DNA of 56,849 bases, the filler included, from Catajapyx aquilonaris (Eukaryota): NCBI GenBank assembly GCA_000934665.2. It is 3 parts of 3 records of this genome, joined end to end, with 100 filler letters (N's around TTAATTAATTAA, not from the genome) between each part and the next. Parts side by side here need not be neighbours in the genome. Positions count along the whole stretch, not along the records: positions 1 to 18,872 come from KZ539561.1; 2 more parts are not named here. One strand, given 5' to 3'. The translations under genes were made by a program, and so were the position numbers. The notes below the pieces were generated by a model. It had not been told where the DNA came from and ran no database searches. It saw only the letters and a program-made list of their open reading frames with translations. Positions 1 through 12,404 of this stretch are shown piece by piece; the stretch's first letter is position 1, and each line of letters begins with the position of its first letter.

Positions 1-115
1 CCATATTGGAATGAAAATGGCTGACGACACCAAAACGCGTCAGCTATATAGCTGCACTGTGCAGCTACGTAGCTGGCGCGTTTTGGTGTCGTCAGCCATT
101 TTCATTCCAATATGG
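1..115. repeat. Foldback hairpin, possibly cut by the window start
   Basis: ccatattggaatgaaaatggctgacgacaccaaaacgcg... pairs with ...cgcgttttggtgtcgtcagccattttcattccaatatgg; few mismatches; centre near 58. Confidence 0.9.
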
Positions 116-435
116 CGGCACAATATATGCACTTACCCCGTGTGTGCACTTCCCCCACTTCACCTTATATATTTTTTATAAGTGAGATACAATTTTTTGT
201 CAGGTGACAACTTTCGTCATTGTGCACACTTCAAATAAATATTTTCTCGAATAAACCATTTTAAATATTTAATAGTTATTTTTGTATAACAAAGTAGCAT
301 GAGTTATATTATAAAATGATATCAAAATTCGGTATATAGGCTAACTTGTACGTATTCAGTGAGATACGAATTTATTTCAGAGCGGTGATTTATGTTTTTA
401 TGCAACAACATGCACATTTCAAAAATCAATGGATC

Positions 436-1076
436 AAAGGACCTGTTCAAGGTTATCCTGGCAAAGAAAGGCCACCCACATGGCTCTATGATTCGTGTCA
501 TTAGATTGGAGCAGATCACTGAAACTTGGCAACGCAGGGGAGTTGGATCAAAATGTTGCTGTCCAGCCACTCTAATATATGTCATTCAATGGAAAAATGC
601 TTCTAAAGGGTGACCTTCATCAGTTTGGAGAAAGAGTTCGGCCTTGATTTGCCAACGAACGCCATCTTGAGTCCGCCCCTGGAGAGTGAGAGAGAGGAGA
701 GGGAGTGAGGGAGAGATACGCGATTGGGCAAACGTGTGATATCTCGATGGGACTTGCATTTCGCATATCGGTTCCCTGAGGCGGCTTTTGTCTCACACGA
801 ATATTCTTACAACATTTTTACGGGGTAAAAGCCACACGAGTTTTCCTGCCTCTAAATCAACTAATAAAACAGTTCACCACGTGACAACATGTTTTGAATC
901 CTACCAAGGCCGCTAGGTAGCAACCCCTACGCCCTACCACATCAAAGATACAGTCAGTGGCGAACACAGCGGCCTTTAGCGTAAACCTAGGTGCATAGAT
1001 TATACACTACAAGATGCGCAAGATTGTTGCCGTTTAGGTAGCGGGGCTACTCAGGGTAACTTTGAACAGGTCCTTT
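436..1076. mobile_element. Non-autonomous TIR DNA transposon with AAAGGACCTGTTCAA ends (Kolobok/T2-like or Crypton-like)
   Basis: TIRs aaaggacctgttcaaggtta / taactttgaacaggtccttt; TC on both flanks; diverged inverted copy at 39997-40735. Confidence 0.8.
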
Positions 1077-1249
1077 TCGTGTTTTCGCTAGTAGTGCCTG
1101 TTCAGAAATGATTGGTTAGCAACTGCATAGGTGCTTTTAGCGGTACTGTTTAAAGTGGAATTTTCGTTGTTCTATTAGCCGCTTTTTACAAACCAGTGCT
1201 GTAGGCTATAGCCTAATCAGTCCTATTAAGTGCTGAATAGTGACAATTA

Positions 1250-1585
1250 GGGAGGCGGAGTTGCGCTGCAGTAACGTATGTGCCCACGGATGTTAAAGTA
1301 CCGGGTTCGATCCCAGCCCGGGAACACTCCTTTCATCTCGTGCAGTGTTGGGCCATATCTGGCTTCGTCTCGGGTGGAATTTCCATAGACTAATCCACCA
1401 GGGGGAGTTCACAAAATGACCAAGCAACGGCATTGCACTTGCACTTTGCACATCCCTTCCTACACCTACACCCTAATCGTGGACCAACTAAATAATTGTA
1501 AATTATGCACATGGTTCCAAATATGGTGGTATTCCCACCCCCCAAGAGGGCCTTTCGGCCCTAGCACGGGGTATATTTTTTTAAA
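1250..1585 (+). mobile_element. tRNA-derived SINE (family A)
   Basis: Degenerate A box and B box GGTTCGATCCC; body aligns with 51707-52040; 3' tail cacggggta followed by an A/T run. Confidence 0.8.
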
Positions 1586-1837
1586 AGTTACAATTGACAG
1601 TTGGGGACTGCGCACAACATGCCTCCAGGTGTAAACAAGTGAAGGAGAAGGCGATGATGGACAATGCGACGTTGATGAGTATGGAGCAGGGCCGCGAGGC
1701 AGTACATCTGGGTCGTAATCTGGGTTATTCCTCGTGCGGTGGGATTTTAGACATACAAGTCGGTATAGAGGCGGAAGATGTCGTGTGATACCATGGTGCA
1801 GGATGTAAAAGATCGATTGCTGACTTCACCAATGATA

Positions 1838-2648
1838 CAGGGTGTTCCAAGTTCGCGGGGCGTTTTATTTATAACTATCACCCGAAGTACCGTATTTATG
1901 CGCATATAAGACGCACCTTTTTTCCCATTTTTGTAGCTCAAAAAGTAGGGTGCGTCTTATACGCGTGTGCGTCTTATACGGCGGGGCACAACGGGTGAAA
2001 CCCGTGAGAAATTGTCCACACACGTGCACAATTCCGGTGTGACCTTGCCACATATACCTTTCAGATGCGTAGCATTGTCCCATTTTCCACTTGCCCCCCC
2101 CCCCCCCNCCCTTTTTTTACTGGATTCTAATGGATTCCACACGCACATGCATTGCACACGAGGTTGCTGCCGGCAGCTCGAGGCCAGTTCCCAAACTACG
2201 GCAATAAATCTGGGTGCGTCTTATATAAGTCAACAACCGATCTTCCACGATTTTTCGCCTCGAAACCGGGATGCGTCTTATACGCGTGTGCGTCTTATAT
2301 GCGCGTAAATACGGTAGTTATTTTTTGTAGCTTGTTGCCCCAAATTTATTTCCAGGTGCTTCCAAGTATGACAAACGTCTGGTGAGATGTGATCCTTACA
2401 GCTATCGGCCAATCAGAGACGGTCCCTCGTCGGAGAGTGAAAATAACAGTTATTTTGCAGTGACTTATTTAAAAATAGCTGTTGTTTCCAATGCCTGACG
2501 AGAGACCACCTCGCATTGGCCGGATAGCTGTCATCACCTCTCCTCAAAAGTTTGTGGTGTAACACGCTACGTTCGCTACCCAAAAATAACTACTTCGGGC
2601 GACATTAGTGTGATAGCTAAAAACGAGCCAGGAACCTGGAACACCATG
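1838..2648. mobile_element. Tc1/mariner-type MITE, copy 1 of a tandem pair; contains a nested pogo MITE
   Basis: TA-cagggtgttccaag ... ctggaacaccatg-TA. Confidence 0.7.
1890..2314. mobile_element. pogo/Tigger-type MITE
   Basis: TA-ccgtatttatgcgcatataagacgcac ... gtgcgtcttatatgcgcgtaaatacgg-TA; TA duplication inside the host motif cccgaagTAgtt. Confidence 0.85.
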
Positions 2649-2658
2649 TATGCATATA

Positions 2659-2960
2659 CAGTGATCCAAGTTCGTGGGCAGTTTTATTTATAACTAATAT
2701 CGCCCGAAGTAGTTGTTTTTGTAGCTTGTTGCGCCCCGATCCTGTTGCCCCAAATTTACTTCCAGGTTGGCCTATGACAAACTTCTGGGGAGAGGTGATC
2801 CTTACAGGTATTTTTAGCAAATGCTATTTAAGTAACTGTTATTTTCGCTCTCGCCGGATGCGGGACCATCTGGGACGACAGGCGTAACAAGCCACAAAAA
2901 TAACTACTTCGGGAAATATCAGTTATAAAATAAAACGCCCCACAAACTTGGAACACCCTG
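2659..2960. mobile_element. Tc1/mariner-type MITE, copy 2 of the tandem pair
   Basis: TA-cagtgatccaagttcgtggg ... cacaaacttggaacaccctg-TA; homologous to 1838-2648. Confidence 0.7.
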
Positions 2961-3009
2961 TATATGCAGACCGGCATACAAAAGTGGTTGGATGCTGTAT
3001 CACCATGTA

Positions 3010-3170
3010 CAGCGGCGTAGCCAGGAAATTCGTAAGGGGGGGGGGGGGNNNNNNNNNNNNNNNNNNNNNNNNNNNNNNNNNNNNNNNNNNNNNNNNNNNN
3101 NNNNNNNNNNNNNNNNNNNNNNNNNNNNNNNNNNNNNNNNNNNNNNNGGGGGGTGTTACGACGACCCTGT
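3010..3170. mobile_element. GC-rich poly-G MITE spanning an N gap (hAT-like)
   Basis: cagcggcgtagcca...poly-G...ttacgacgaccctg; no clear TSD. Confidence 0.4.
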
Positions 3171-3369
3171 ATCTCAGAAAGGATCCTCAGGAGGTAGCGC
3201 CTCGGCACCCGTAAAACGCGTCGAAGGCGCCGAACGCGATCTACAAGTCGAACAGTCGTCACCGCGTCAGCCATTTCTCATGTGTTGGGGTGAGTTAGAC
3301 TGTTAGAGACACCCCGATGTGTCTCTAACTTCACTTCTATTAACTACTCAGTTCCATGTTTAGTAGTGC

Positions 3370-4571
3370 TGTCACGTAGCGTAATTTAGGAAGGTAGTTA
3401 AAACCCCCAAGACTGAAGCAGAGAAAGGAGAGTGACACACAAGATTGAATAGACATGTTTATTTCAATTGTTGATCCTTGTCACTGCGAACTTCAAATAT
3501 TCAAGTCGGGTGTAACAAAAATATAAGGAAAGGTTAATGGACCGCTAGGATGGGTTATCGTTAAATTAACAGAATCATCCGCTTCTCCAATGACACCTGT
3601 TTCGCCGAGTGACAGATCACGCTTCCCAAGTGGAAAATATCCAAAACAAAAATGGAGGTAACAGTGGAAGCAAAAAAAAGACAACCTTGACCGTCTTCTA
3701 ACAAAAAGTAAGTAAATGGAACACCCTCACAAGCTAGTTGCCTCTCAACTCAAGGCACTGCAACAGGAGGAATTGATACACCATCAAACCAAAACATGAC
3801 GCACATCTCTCTCTTAAATCACACGAAAGCAAATATCATCCAGTGGAATATTCAACCGGTAGAAAATCCATCATCGAAAAAATAAGGGGGAGGAGGTTAC
3901 ACACGTGGGAGAAGCATCCAACACGTACATAGGTATAGTAACGACCCCACAGTCAGTCAATATTACGCAACCATCCAAAGGTGCTCATTCCAAAAGGACA
4001 GTCCTCCAAAACCAACTATTGCTGGAAGACGATTCGTCGTAGGAAACTCACGAACCCTATCCGGAACACAATGTTGTCGTTCACACGTCAGACGTAAATC
4101 ACGTCGGTTGCACACACACTCACGCAGGTAGCACACACACAAGTGGCGTACACGTTAAGTGGTTCAAATGAAGGCACAAGTCAACTGCACCGTCAGTGTA
4201 TACATACACGTACACGCAGTGCTTCAACAAGTAAAATAATGTATTGACAACAAGTACGTAGCACATCCCAGAGGAAACCAAGTGCACAAGTGTAACAAGA
4301 CACGTACACGGATCCAAAAAAATAGGGAAAATTACGAGTACAGGTGAACCAGGCACGTATGATACAAGTAAAAATAGCGGACGTGCAAGTTGCTAGGAGT
4401 AACAACACTCTTGATCATTCCACACCGGAGTGGAGAGTAGACCGCTTAGCTCAAACAAGGCCAACAATCAGGCCAAGAAAATCCCATTGCGAGGTGGGCA
4501 AACGAGCAAGCAAAAAAAGAGGAATTGAGTCCGTGAACAAAATTGGGTAAACCAAATGGGGTCACGTGACA
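3370..4571 (-). mobile_element. Solo LTR, 1202 bp
   Basis: TGTCACGT...ACGTGACA termini; perfect 5-bp TSD agtgc (3365-3369, 4572-4576); AATAAA on the minus strand near 3460. Confidence 0.8.
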
Positions 4572-6241
4572 AGTGCCTAATCAGAAGCACGAAAATTCCG
4601 TCCGTCCTAAGATAATAGTCAGACTGTAACCTGTAAACAGTGACTAATAGCTTGGCTAATAAAAATACGAATATTAGGCCCAATATCTCAAAAATCCCAT
4701 TTTTAATATGCAATATTTTTTTTATTCATAGCAAAAAGACAGGTTCTGTGATAAAATAAAATCGAAACCTGGTACAGATTCTTGATAAATGAGATACAAA
4801 TTTATGATAAGTGGTATTTTTGCTTCCATTTAGTGTCTTTCAACATCCTTGCAGTTACTTCTAAAGCCATAACCGCCATAAAAATAAATGTCAACGACTA
4901 ATCTGGAAGCCTTTCATACTGGTCAACAGAGGGCACTGGGGAATTAAATGTAATATGGACACACTTTCGTAACTGTCTTCATGAGCTATGGCATTGTCTT
5001 GGCATTGTCTTCGGCATTGTAGTAAGGTCTGAAGACTCTGAACAGTCTCCCTCTTATCCCCTTGGGCCTGACGGGGTGTTATGCGGGATGTGGCCACTTG
5101 ATAGCGCCTTTAAGGGCTTTACAGACTTGTGCGACCCTACCGGACTGTTCTGAACTTATAGGTAGAAGAGAGCTCAATCTTCTACCTTTAAGTTCAGAAT
5201 AGTCTGGTGCATCTTCCCGTGAATGTTATTTTGGTACCCCATTAAAGAAATGTTAATATCTGGATAACTAAATTTAATCTCGTAAAACTGATTGTGGGTT
5301 TCACATATATTTGTTTCAAAGAAATCGCTGACTATGATTTGACACCTTTTCACACTCACTGCTTGATCTGAAATGGAAATACCCTGCATCAAATTCAATG
5401 AAGTATGCTATTTACAAAACCCTATGTCAGGATATTAAATGTATTAATTTTGATATTCAACCACCCATAGTTCTATATTATTCTTCTCTGCATAATACTG
5501 GCGAAATTATTTTCTACCATAATTTGACTACGATTGTCATATGAATTCCTTTTGACTACCTAATTTGGCATGTTCCCTATTTTTGTACAATTTCTTCCTC
5601 CTCCCCCTTGCACTCTGTTGTTTTCCTCCACACATGACTCGATTTGCCCAGGAGTGTGATGAATGAGTAAAATATCAGGCCAAAATACCTCTACATGCCA
5701 CCATGCTATGACTTGCCTGCGGAACAGTGGGTGCTACTGCTCGTACTGTACCTAGGGTCGCAGATTTCTTCTCTTTCTATCTCAGCAGCAGGCCGGAGCT
5801 CCTCAATCAGTCCTTGCCCAAAATCGTGCCCGTGTTTCCGCCTAGCATGCCATCGCCATGACACCAGCTTTTCCTTCCCCTCCCAACCCGTCCTTGCAGA
5901 CTGACGTCAGCGTCACTGACTGCATGCGCGGAATAACGCGTAGCAGATACTTCACAATAAAGTAGCGGCTTATTAATATCTGCTTAAATGTAAGTCATAA
6001 TACGTGCCGCGGATTTGCAGGACAGATTTACAGTGAATATGCCGTGTGTTGTGTATAATTTCATTATTCCTATGGTACTCTCCGACGTAAATGAATCATA
6101 ATTATACTGCAGATATTATTTCTTTATTAGTTACTGAAATCGCTGTTATGTTAAACAGCTGTCGTCCAACATTCTCGACTAGAAGAAATTTAATGACGCG
6201 GTCGCCGCGAGGTGACGGCTACCAAAGATATCTGCTATATA

Positions 6242-6666
6242 CAGGATGTATCTGAACTCAGTGCCACGACGTATATGACTGCCTTCCTAGCCACCAGAGG
6301 ATCGATTTAAGTATAGGAGTCATTATGTCTGGCCGCCGCATTACTGAGATAAATGCCCGCAAACATGTAGTACAAAATATCCTGTCGGTTAGGCCACCCA
6401 TCGAACCCTCCCCCAGTCAGAAGGCTCTGGAAGGTCTGGGGGCGGGACTTTGTTGGTTTGTTGCCCACAGGTGGTAAGGCCTCTTTGGCTAGTTACACCA
6501 GAAAATTCTATTTAAAAGTCAGAAGGAGCGATTAGGCAAAAATCGCTAAAGAGTGTATCTCAGTAATGAGGCTGCCCAGACATAATGACTCCTCTACATA
6601 AGTTGATCCTCTGGTGGCTAGGAAGGCAGTTATATACGTCGGGGCACTGAGTTCAGATACACCCTG
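6242..6666. mobile_element. Tc1/mariner-type MITE with TIRs of about 110 bp
   Basis: TA-caggatgtatctgaactcagtgcc ... ggcactgagttcagatacaccctg. Confidence 0.8.
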
Positions 6667-6677
6667 TGTACAGTATT

Positions 6678-7079
6678 TTGAAACTTATAAATCGCCATTT
6701 ACGTAATCATAATTAAGTTAATTACACACCACGGTTATCTTGGCCGTTTATAATCCGAATTACTTCGCGAATGTATCGACGGCAAGCCAGGAATGTGCCT
6801 GATAAAATTACACCGTGCTCTACACTAAAAATTTTAAAAGCATTGATTTATTAAGTTTTATAGAAAAGTACCCAGCCCGCTTTCTGGTGGGAATAGACGA
6901 CGATACTTTTAAATGTTTTTAAAAAAATAGTGCAATATAGCATGGTGTAATTTTATCACACATTTTTGGCTTGCCGTCGATACATTCCCGAAGTAATTCG
7001 AATTATAAACGGGCGAGATAACAGGTGTGTGCAATTAGCTGAATTATGATTACACAAATGGCGATTTCTAAGTTTCAAA
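6678..7079. repeat. Diverged foldback element with arms of about 170 bp
   Basis: tttgaaacttataaatcgccattt ... aaatggcgatttctaagtttcaaa; internal matches such as gaatgtatcgacggcaagcca / tggcttgccgtcgatacattc. Confidence 0.8.
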
Positions 7080-7398
7080 TATATCATTAGAATGACAAAA
7101 ATTAGCACTACCCAGGGTTCACAGGTGGATTTTTTTGTCCTCCGGAAAGTGTCAGAAAAAAGTTCAATTTTCTGCGTAACGTCGCGTCGGCAACTATACT
7201 CAAAAATGACATTTTTCCGCCTTCTTTTTGCGATAGAAAATTAGAGACTAACGATAGGAAAACAAGTCGCATAATATATGTAACGTGGATTTAAACAACC
7301 TTTCGAACGATATATACTTTATTTTTTTGAATCATTTTCCTGGGAGTTGTTTCGAGTCAAACACAGGGGTCTATAGCTATTAAATAAACGGATTAGTA

Positions 7399-7652
7399 GG
7401 TACCCATGTCCGGAAATGCCCCCGCACGGGGGTACGGCCGTTTCCACCTTTGGTCTGTTGCGCCTGGTGGGTAGGCAACCCATCGTACTCGAAGCTTGCG
7501 TTCATCAGGTGTGTCGCGTATGGAGGAGACGAAGGTGAAAACAATTATTGCGAGTGTCAAGTGCAAATTTGGTTGCCTACCCACCAGGCGCAACATACGA
7601 AAGGTGGAAACGGCCGTACCCCCGTAAGGGGGCATTTCCGGACATGGGTACC
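7399..7652. mobile_element. Foldback MITE with TIRs of about 80 bp
   Basis: ggtacccatgtccggaaatgccccc ... gggggcatttccggacatgggtacc. Confidence 0.8.
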
Positions 7653-8799
7653 GACGCTCAAAATACTTGCCTAGATGGGGCCTCTACCAACCCTGTGATT
7701 TTTTGCCAAAGTTAACGTAATCACCCTGGTATCAATATTTGCATACTCACGTTCTCTCCATTGCTTCCTTATACTGTAGGTATAGGCCAACCCATTCTCT
7801 CCCTCAATTAGAGCAGTAGGCTACAATATATTTGACTCTTAAATAATAATAACTTACACTGCAATGGTTCACTAACATTTGTCGTATCAACGCGGAGTGG
7901 AGGATTGGATAGGTCGCTATTAATCAGATCTTAAAAGTGAAATGATAATATTGTCATTTTATTAAGATATTAGTCATTATCATCATGCTATGGTTATAAA
8001 GATCTAGAAAGTAAAGGTGTGTACTTTAAAATAACGAATATGGAATATATAATTCTAGGTACTTTATTTTCCATGTGGTTTTATAGATCCACATCATGTG
8101 GAAAAAATGACGCTATAATTATGTGGGCAAGTGAGGGCTAGGTGGGGGTAATTGGAGCGGGGTGTGGTGAGACGGTCGGGGAGAGGAAGATTGAAGGCTG
8201 TCATAGAGGTTGCGGGGCAATTACACAAGGGGCGTAGGGCATTCAAGTGACGAAGCAGGCGGCTCTGGGGCTGCTGCCTTTCCACCTTTTTACCTCAAGT
8301 CTCCCGTCACTTAGGTCACGAAACATTATTGATGAGATTGGATCGCGCCTGGTATGGCTCTGTGCTCGCCCCTGCCTACGAGGGGTGACTGATAAAAGTT
8401 TCGTACCTCTCTGCTTGTAAGTCCTCCTAGGTTATAGAAAAATATGACACAATTCCCCCATTAAAGGCCTCTCTGGTGCTAGTGTGTTTGTTTATTTATG
8501 TTCTAACGCCCTATACGCTCTGGCGAAAAATTAACATTCTGGCTCTAGCATCATACCAAAGGCTCATAGGAAGATTCTACATGCAAGATCCTCAGAAATA
8601 TTATTACTAGGGAGGATTATAAATTATAGGCCTAAATCAGTAATGAGACAGTTATAGCTAATAATGATAATGATAATGAAGATGATGATGGTGGTGGTGG
8701 TGGTGATGATGTTGATAATAATAATAATCATCATGCAGTAATGCCACATATCAAAAGTTAGTTCAGTGTGCGTAAAATATATAGTTAAAAATTATTTTC

Positions 8800-9620
8800 C
8801 CCAAAAATTAGCATGGCCTTATTGCAGCGCAGATTTTTAGCTATGTCGAACACTTTCCGCCAAACCTATTCATTCGTCTCTTGGTTACACCATAGGACAA
8901 CACTAACTTTTTGGAGGTGGAAAAACATGAAGGTCACTCGAATCAAGGTCTGGACCGTGGTTCTGATCGTTTTTGAGGGTACTCAACGGCATACCACTCT
9001 TGACCTGTTGGAAAAGAGCACAAGCGCGAGCTTCACATGTTTCGCCGCCTACAAAGATTATTGATAGGCGAGAATATAATTATGGAGAATAAGAGATGTG
9101 AAGGAATAAGATTGCTGGAGGCGAGAGTGCCCGAAACAGGCTTGGAAAAACATGGTGCCACTTTTGTCACACCAGCATGAATTTCTAGAAACCCTCACTT
9201 CATATGGTACTTCACTATATGTAACATCGTAACTGATAGAAATCATGTGTCATAAGCTATGGACAATTCCATGAAACCATCAGAAAGCATAATGATGATA
9301 ATGGTGTTCTGAAATTATTTTCTGATTGCGCAATAATTATGTCTGTAGAGCGCAATATACGGACAAGAGGATAGAAAGCAATCTCAGAAAATTTCCAGTG
9401 TGACATCTTGTTATCTAAAATATTGTGTCCAAGGTTTTCCAGCAGGCGAAAAAGTTCAACGACACCTGACGACGGCTGGTACAGTCAAAAAAGTCAGTTC
9501 CACGAACAAACTCCGAAAATCGATTAAGCGGATAAGCATGCCAACAAGTGGGCCCTACTTCTAAAAGTCAACCCCCTGCTTGTGCTATCCGTGAGCATGT
9601 AAACATGTAGTCAGTGTGCG
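8800..9620 (+). pseudogene. Possible highly decayed piggyBac-like (PGBD) transposase C-terminal remnant
   Basis: Scattered, frameshifted peptide resemblance only (LDRGS, a 'DNS' motif, Cys-containing tail); many stops. Confidence 0.25.
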
Positions 9621-11553
9621 GCCGGATGACGCAGGCGCCGCCATGTCACCAACCATGATTGAGAGTCGCAATTCTTGCCTTTACCCCTACCAACAAGGGG
9701 TTGTGATGTTGGGAAAAGGGTGGAAGAAGGGAGCTATCAGGAAGTTGCGGTCTCTGGTGCCTGTGACCATCAACTCCTTTGGCGGTGTTCCCAATGAGAT
9801 TTCGCCACGGTTGCCAGCGCGACCGCCGATTTAGGGCCATCTTTTTCCACCCAATGATCCTTGAAGACAACAACGCTTCGACGCACTTCGATGCTCCCTG
9901 CCTTTTCTCTTCTATACCAAAAGTGACGAGTCTTCTTTACCAGGCTGAAGAAAATACACTCTCTTTTCTGCTATATTGGGCACCGTTCAAATCGAATTAC
10001 CCGCTTTGTTTGTTGCATGCACTTGTAAATAACATGCAGGGATCTATAGTTGCGACACCAAAATTCTGCGGTAGGTGGTTACAGACTCTTGCTTAGTTCA
10101 GCGACTTAATCAAATATGCAGGAAATTATAGACTCTTTCTATACGGATATGGACTAGTAGTTTTGTAATGCTCCTTACCTTTCCTCCTGGCAGTGGATGC
10201 CATAATTCCATAATTTTCTGGACTTTTTCGTACCTAAAAATCCGGACTCTACTGATAAGCGAGGGTATCATAAGTAATGTTAACCTGTCATGGGGTCATT
10301 TTTGATCCCAAGCCTACGAGAATTGACAGTGTCAAGTTACTGATTAATTAAAACCCAAATTCCTTTGCGTATTCCTCAAAAATATCTTTGCCTATATGTC
10401 AATGTCTTTGAAAATGGAAAAAAATCAGGGTCCTCAAAAAACAGCTATAATCACGGTGGGGTGCGTCTGGGGTCAAAAAGAGACCCCATGACACTAGTTA
10501 CGTTTGGATTCCGCATTACTCTTGCATCCATGTCTTCAAAAACATGAGCCTCTTCTAGTGTTCCATTCATAAGCTCATTGCAGCGTCCTGTTTTTTTGAC
10601 ATATTTGAGCAGTTTTTGTAAGGCAATATGTTGCAAATTAGAGGCTATTGGCCTCGGCCTTCGGCTATAGTGTAACTTATGTGATTATAAATTATATTGA
10701 AGACAGCTATTTTGAAAAAAATGAAATGCAGATCATTGTACACATGACACATTGGGGGACATGCATGGCTAGGGTAGACTCCATAGTTTCATATTTTGTA
10801 GATAACGATGAGTCAGTTTAGATAGCATGAGTAGAAGGGGGTGGCCCAAGGGGGGGATCAAAACCATCACTTTACAGTAATGGGCATACCCTACCCATAC
10901 CTGTATTTCCAGGTTAATTTTAAAAATTGCTTTTTGAAATGCTTCCCCCCTACTTCATCTTTGGTCATCAGTAAGCAACCCCCCCCCCCCTCACCCTAGA
11001 GGATGATGTAATATGTGTGTGGCCCCATATAACCGTTATCAGCTACCTGTATATTAGCCTACGCTTAGCCTGTATCATTTTATCCAATAGTGCCCCTAGA
11101 CCCTACCCAACAACCAACATGATGGAATAAAGGGAAACAGGGAGGGAGACACCTCCAGAAATGGGCAGGTAGGTGAATGTGACAATCATGAAGGAATTTC
11201 AGCTGAGAAAGTCATCATTCTGTTCTTAACGAAATTCTTTGCTTGGCAGGCAGGTTCGGTAATTCCGGAGTAAATGCATCTTTCACGCAAAAGACGACAA
11301 AGGCTAAGGGGATGATCATTAAAACTTGAAAAACTGCTGAGACAGTAGGAAACAGTGCTGGGCAACACCCTGCACCACGAAAGTGCTGCAAACAACAAAT
11401 AGAGTCCCTACAATTAGGCGGCCCACCACTGTCCCAAATGTGGCCCATAACTGTGAAAAGTGTCCCATTACTGTACTTTTGTGACTTTTTTGGAACTTTT
11501 CATTACCAAAAATGACAGTAAGGGAGAATTTCAAAATTGCAGTTGCTCCTTAA

Positions 11554-12404
11554 CCCTTTGATGGCGGAGTTTTTGAGGGATTGCATTTCCCCAGGGCCTG
11601 AGTTTTTTTTCTCTTTTCCGGAAATTTTATGACCTCCCCGATTTTCTTGAAATTCGGTCCATTGGTAGCCCACACCAAGGGATGAAAAACACACCTATAG
11701 ATGCCTGATCAAAATGACCTCGTGACCCAATTTTTAGGGGGGCAGAGGTCAAATCATAAAATTCCGACCTCACCGATAGGTAGGGCTGTGCGATATCCGA
11801 AATTGCATATCGACTTTCGATACTCAAAAAATATCGCATCGAAGTCGATATATTGAAAATCGAAAAACCGACATCGCGATATTTTGCGATGTCGGTTTGC
11901 GATATTTTTCGATGTCGGTTTGCGACATTTTTCGATATTTTTCGATGTCGGTTTTTCGATTTTCGATATATCGACTTCGATTCGATATTTTTTGAGTATC
12001 GAAAGTCGATATGCAATTTCGGATATCGCACAGCCCTACTCACCGATTTTCTTGAAATTCGGTGAATTGACATGTCCCCCTCCAATATGGGTCACAGGGT
12101 CATGTCAAGCAGGGAACTATAGGTGGGTTTGTCATCCCTTGGTGTGGGCTACCAATGCACCGAATTTGAAGAAAATCGGTGAGGTCGGAATTTTATGATT
12201 TGACATCTGCCCCCCTCAAAATTGGGTCACAAGGTCATTTTGATCAGGTAACTATATAGGTGCGTTTTTCATCCCTTGGTGTGGGCTACCAATGCACCGA
12301 ATTTCAAGAAAATCGGTGAGGTTGAAATTTTTTGAGTTGAAAAATGACCCAAGTTGGCAGGGCAAATCTCAGGACATCATATGATGTCCGTCGCCATCAA
12401 AGGG
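11554..12404. mobile_element. piggyBac-type MITE with internal repeats of about 125 bp
   Basis: TTAA-ccctttgatggcg ... cgccatcaaaggg-TTAA; internal units in both orientations. Confidence 0.9.
11781..12038. mobile_element. hAT-type palindromic MITE nested in the piggyBac MITE
   Basis: tagggctgtgcgatatccgaaattgc ... gcaatttcggatatcgcacagcccta; 8-bp TSD ctcaccga (11769-11776, 12039-12046) with an extra TAGG on the left. Confidence 0.9.

Noticed and set aside
1250..1325. tRNA-like heads at 1250, 51707 and 52795
   Set aside because: They continue into multicopy SINE bodies and tails; not tRNA genes
4870..5450. Possible transposase remnant on the minus strand
   Set aside because: Only vague compositional resemblance; no diagnostic motif
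11820..12000. Repeated cgatattttttcgatgtcggttt units, superficially array-like
   Set aside because: Internal repeats of a hAT MITE; no unique spacers and no cas genes, so not CRISPR. The ORFs over it are repeat artefacts.
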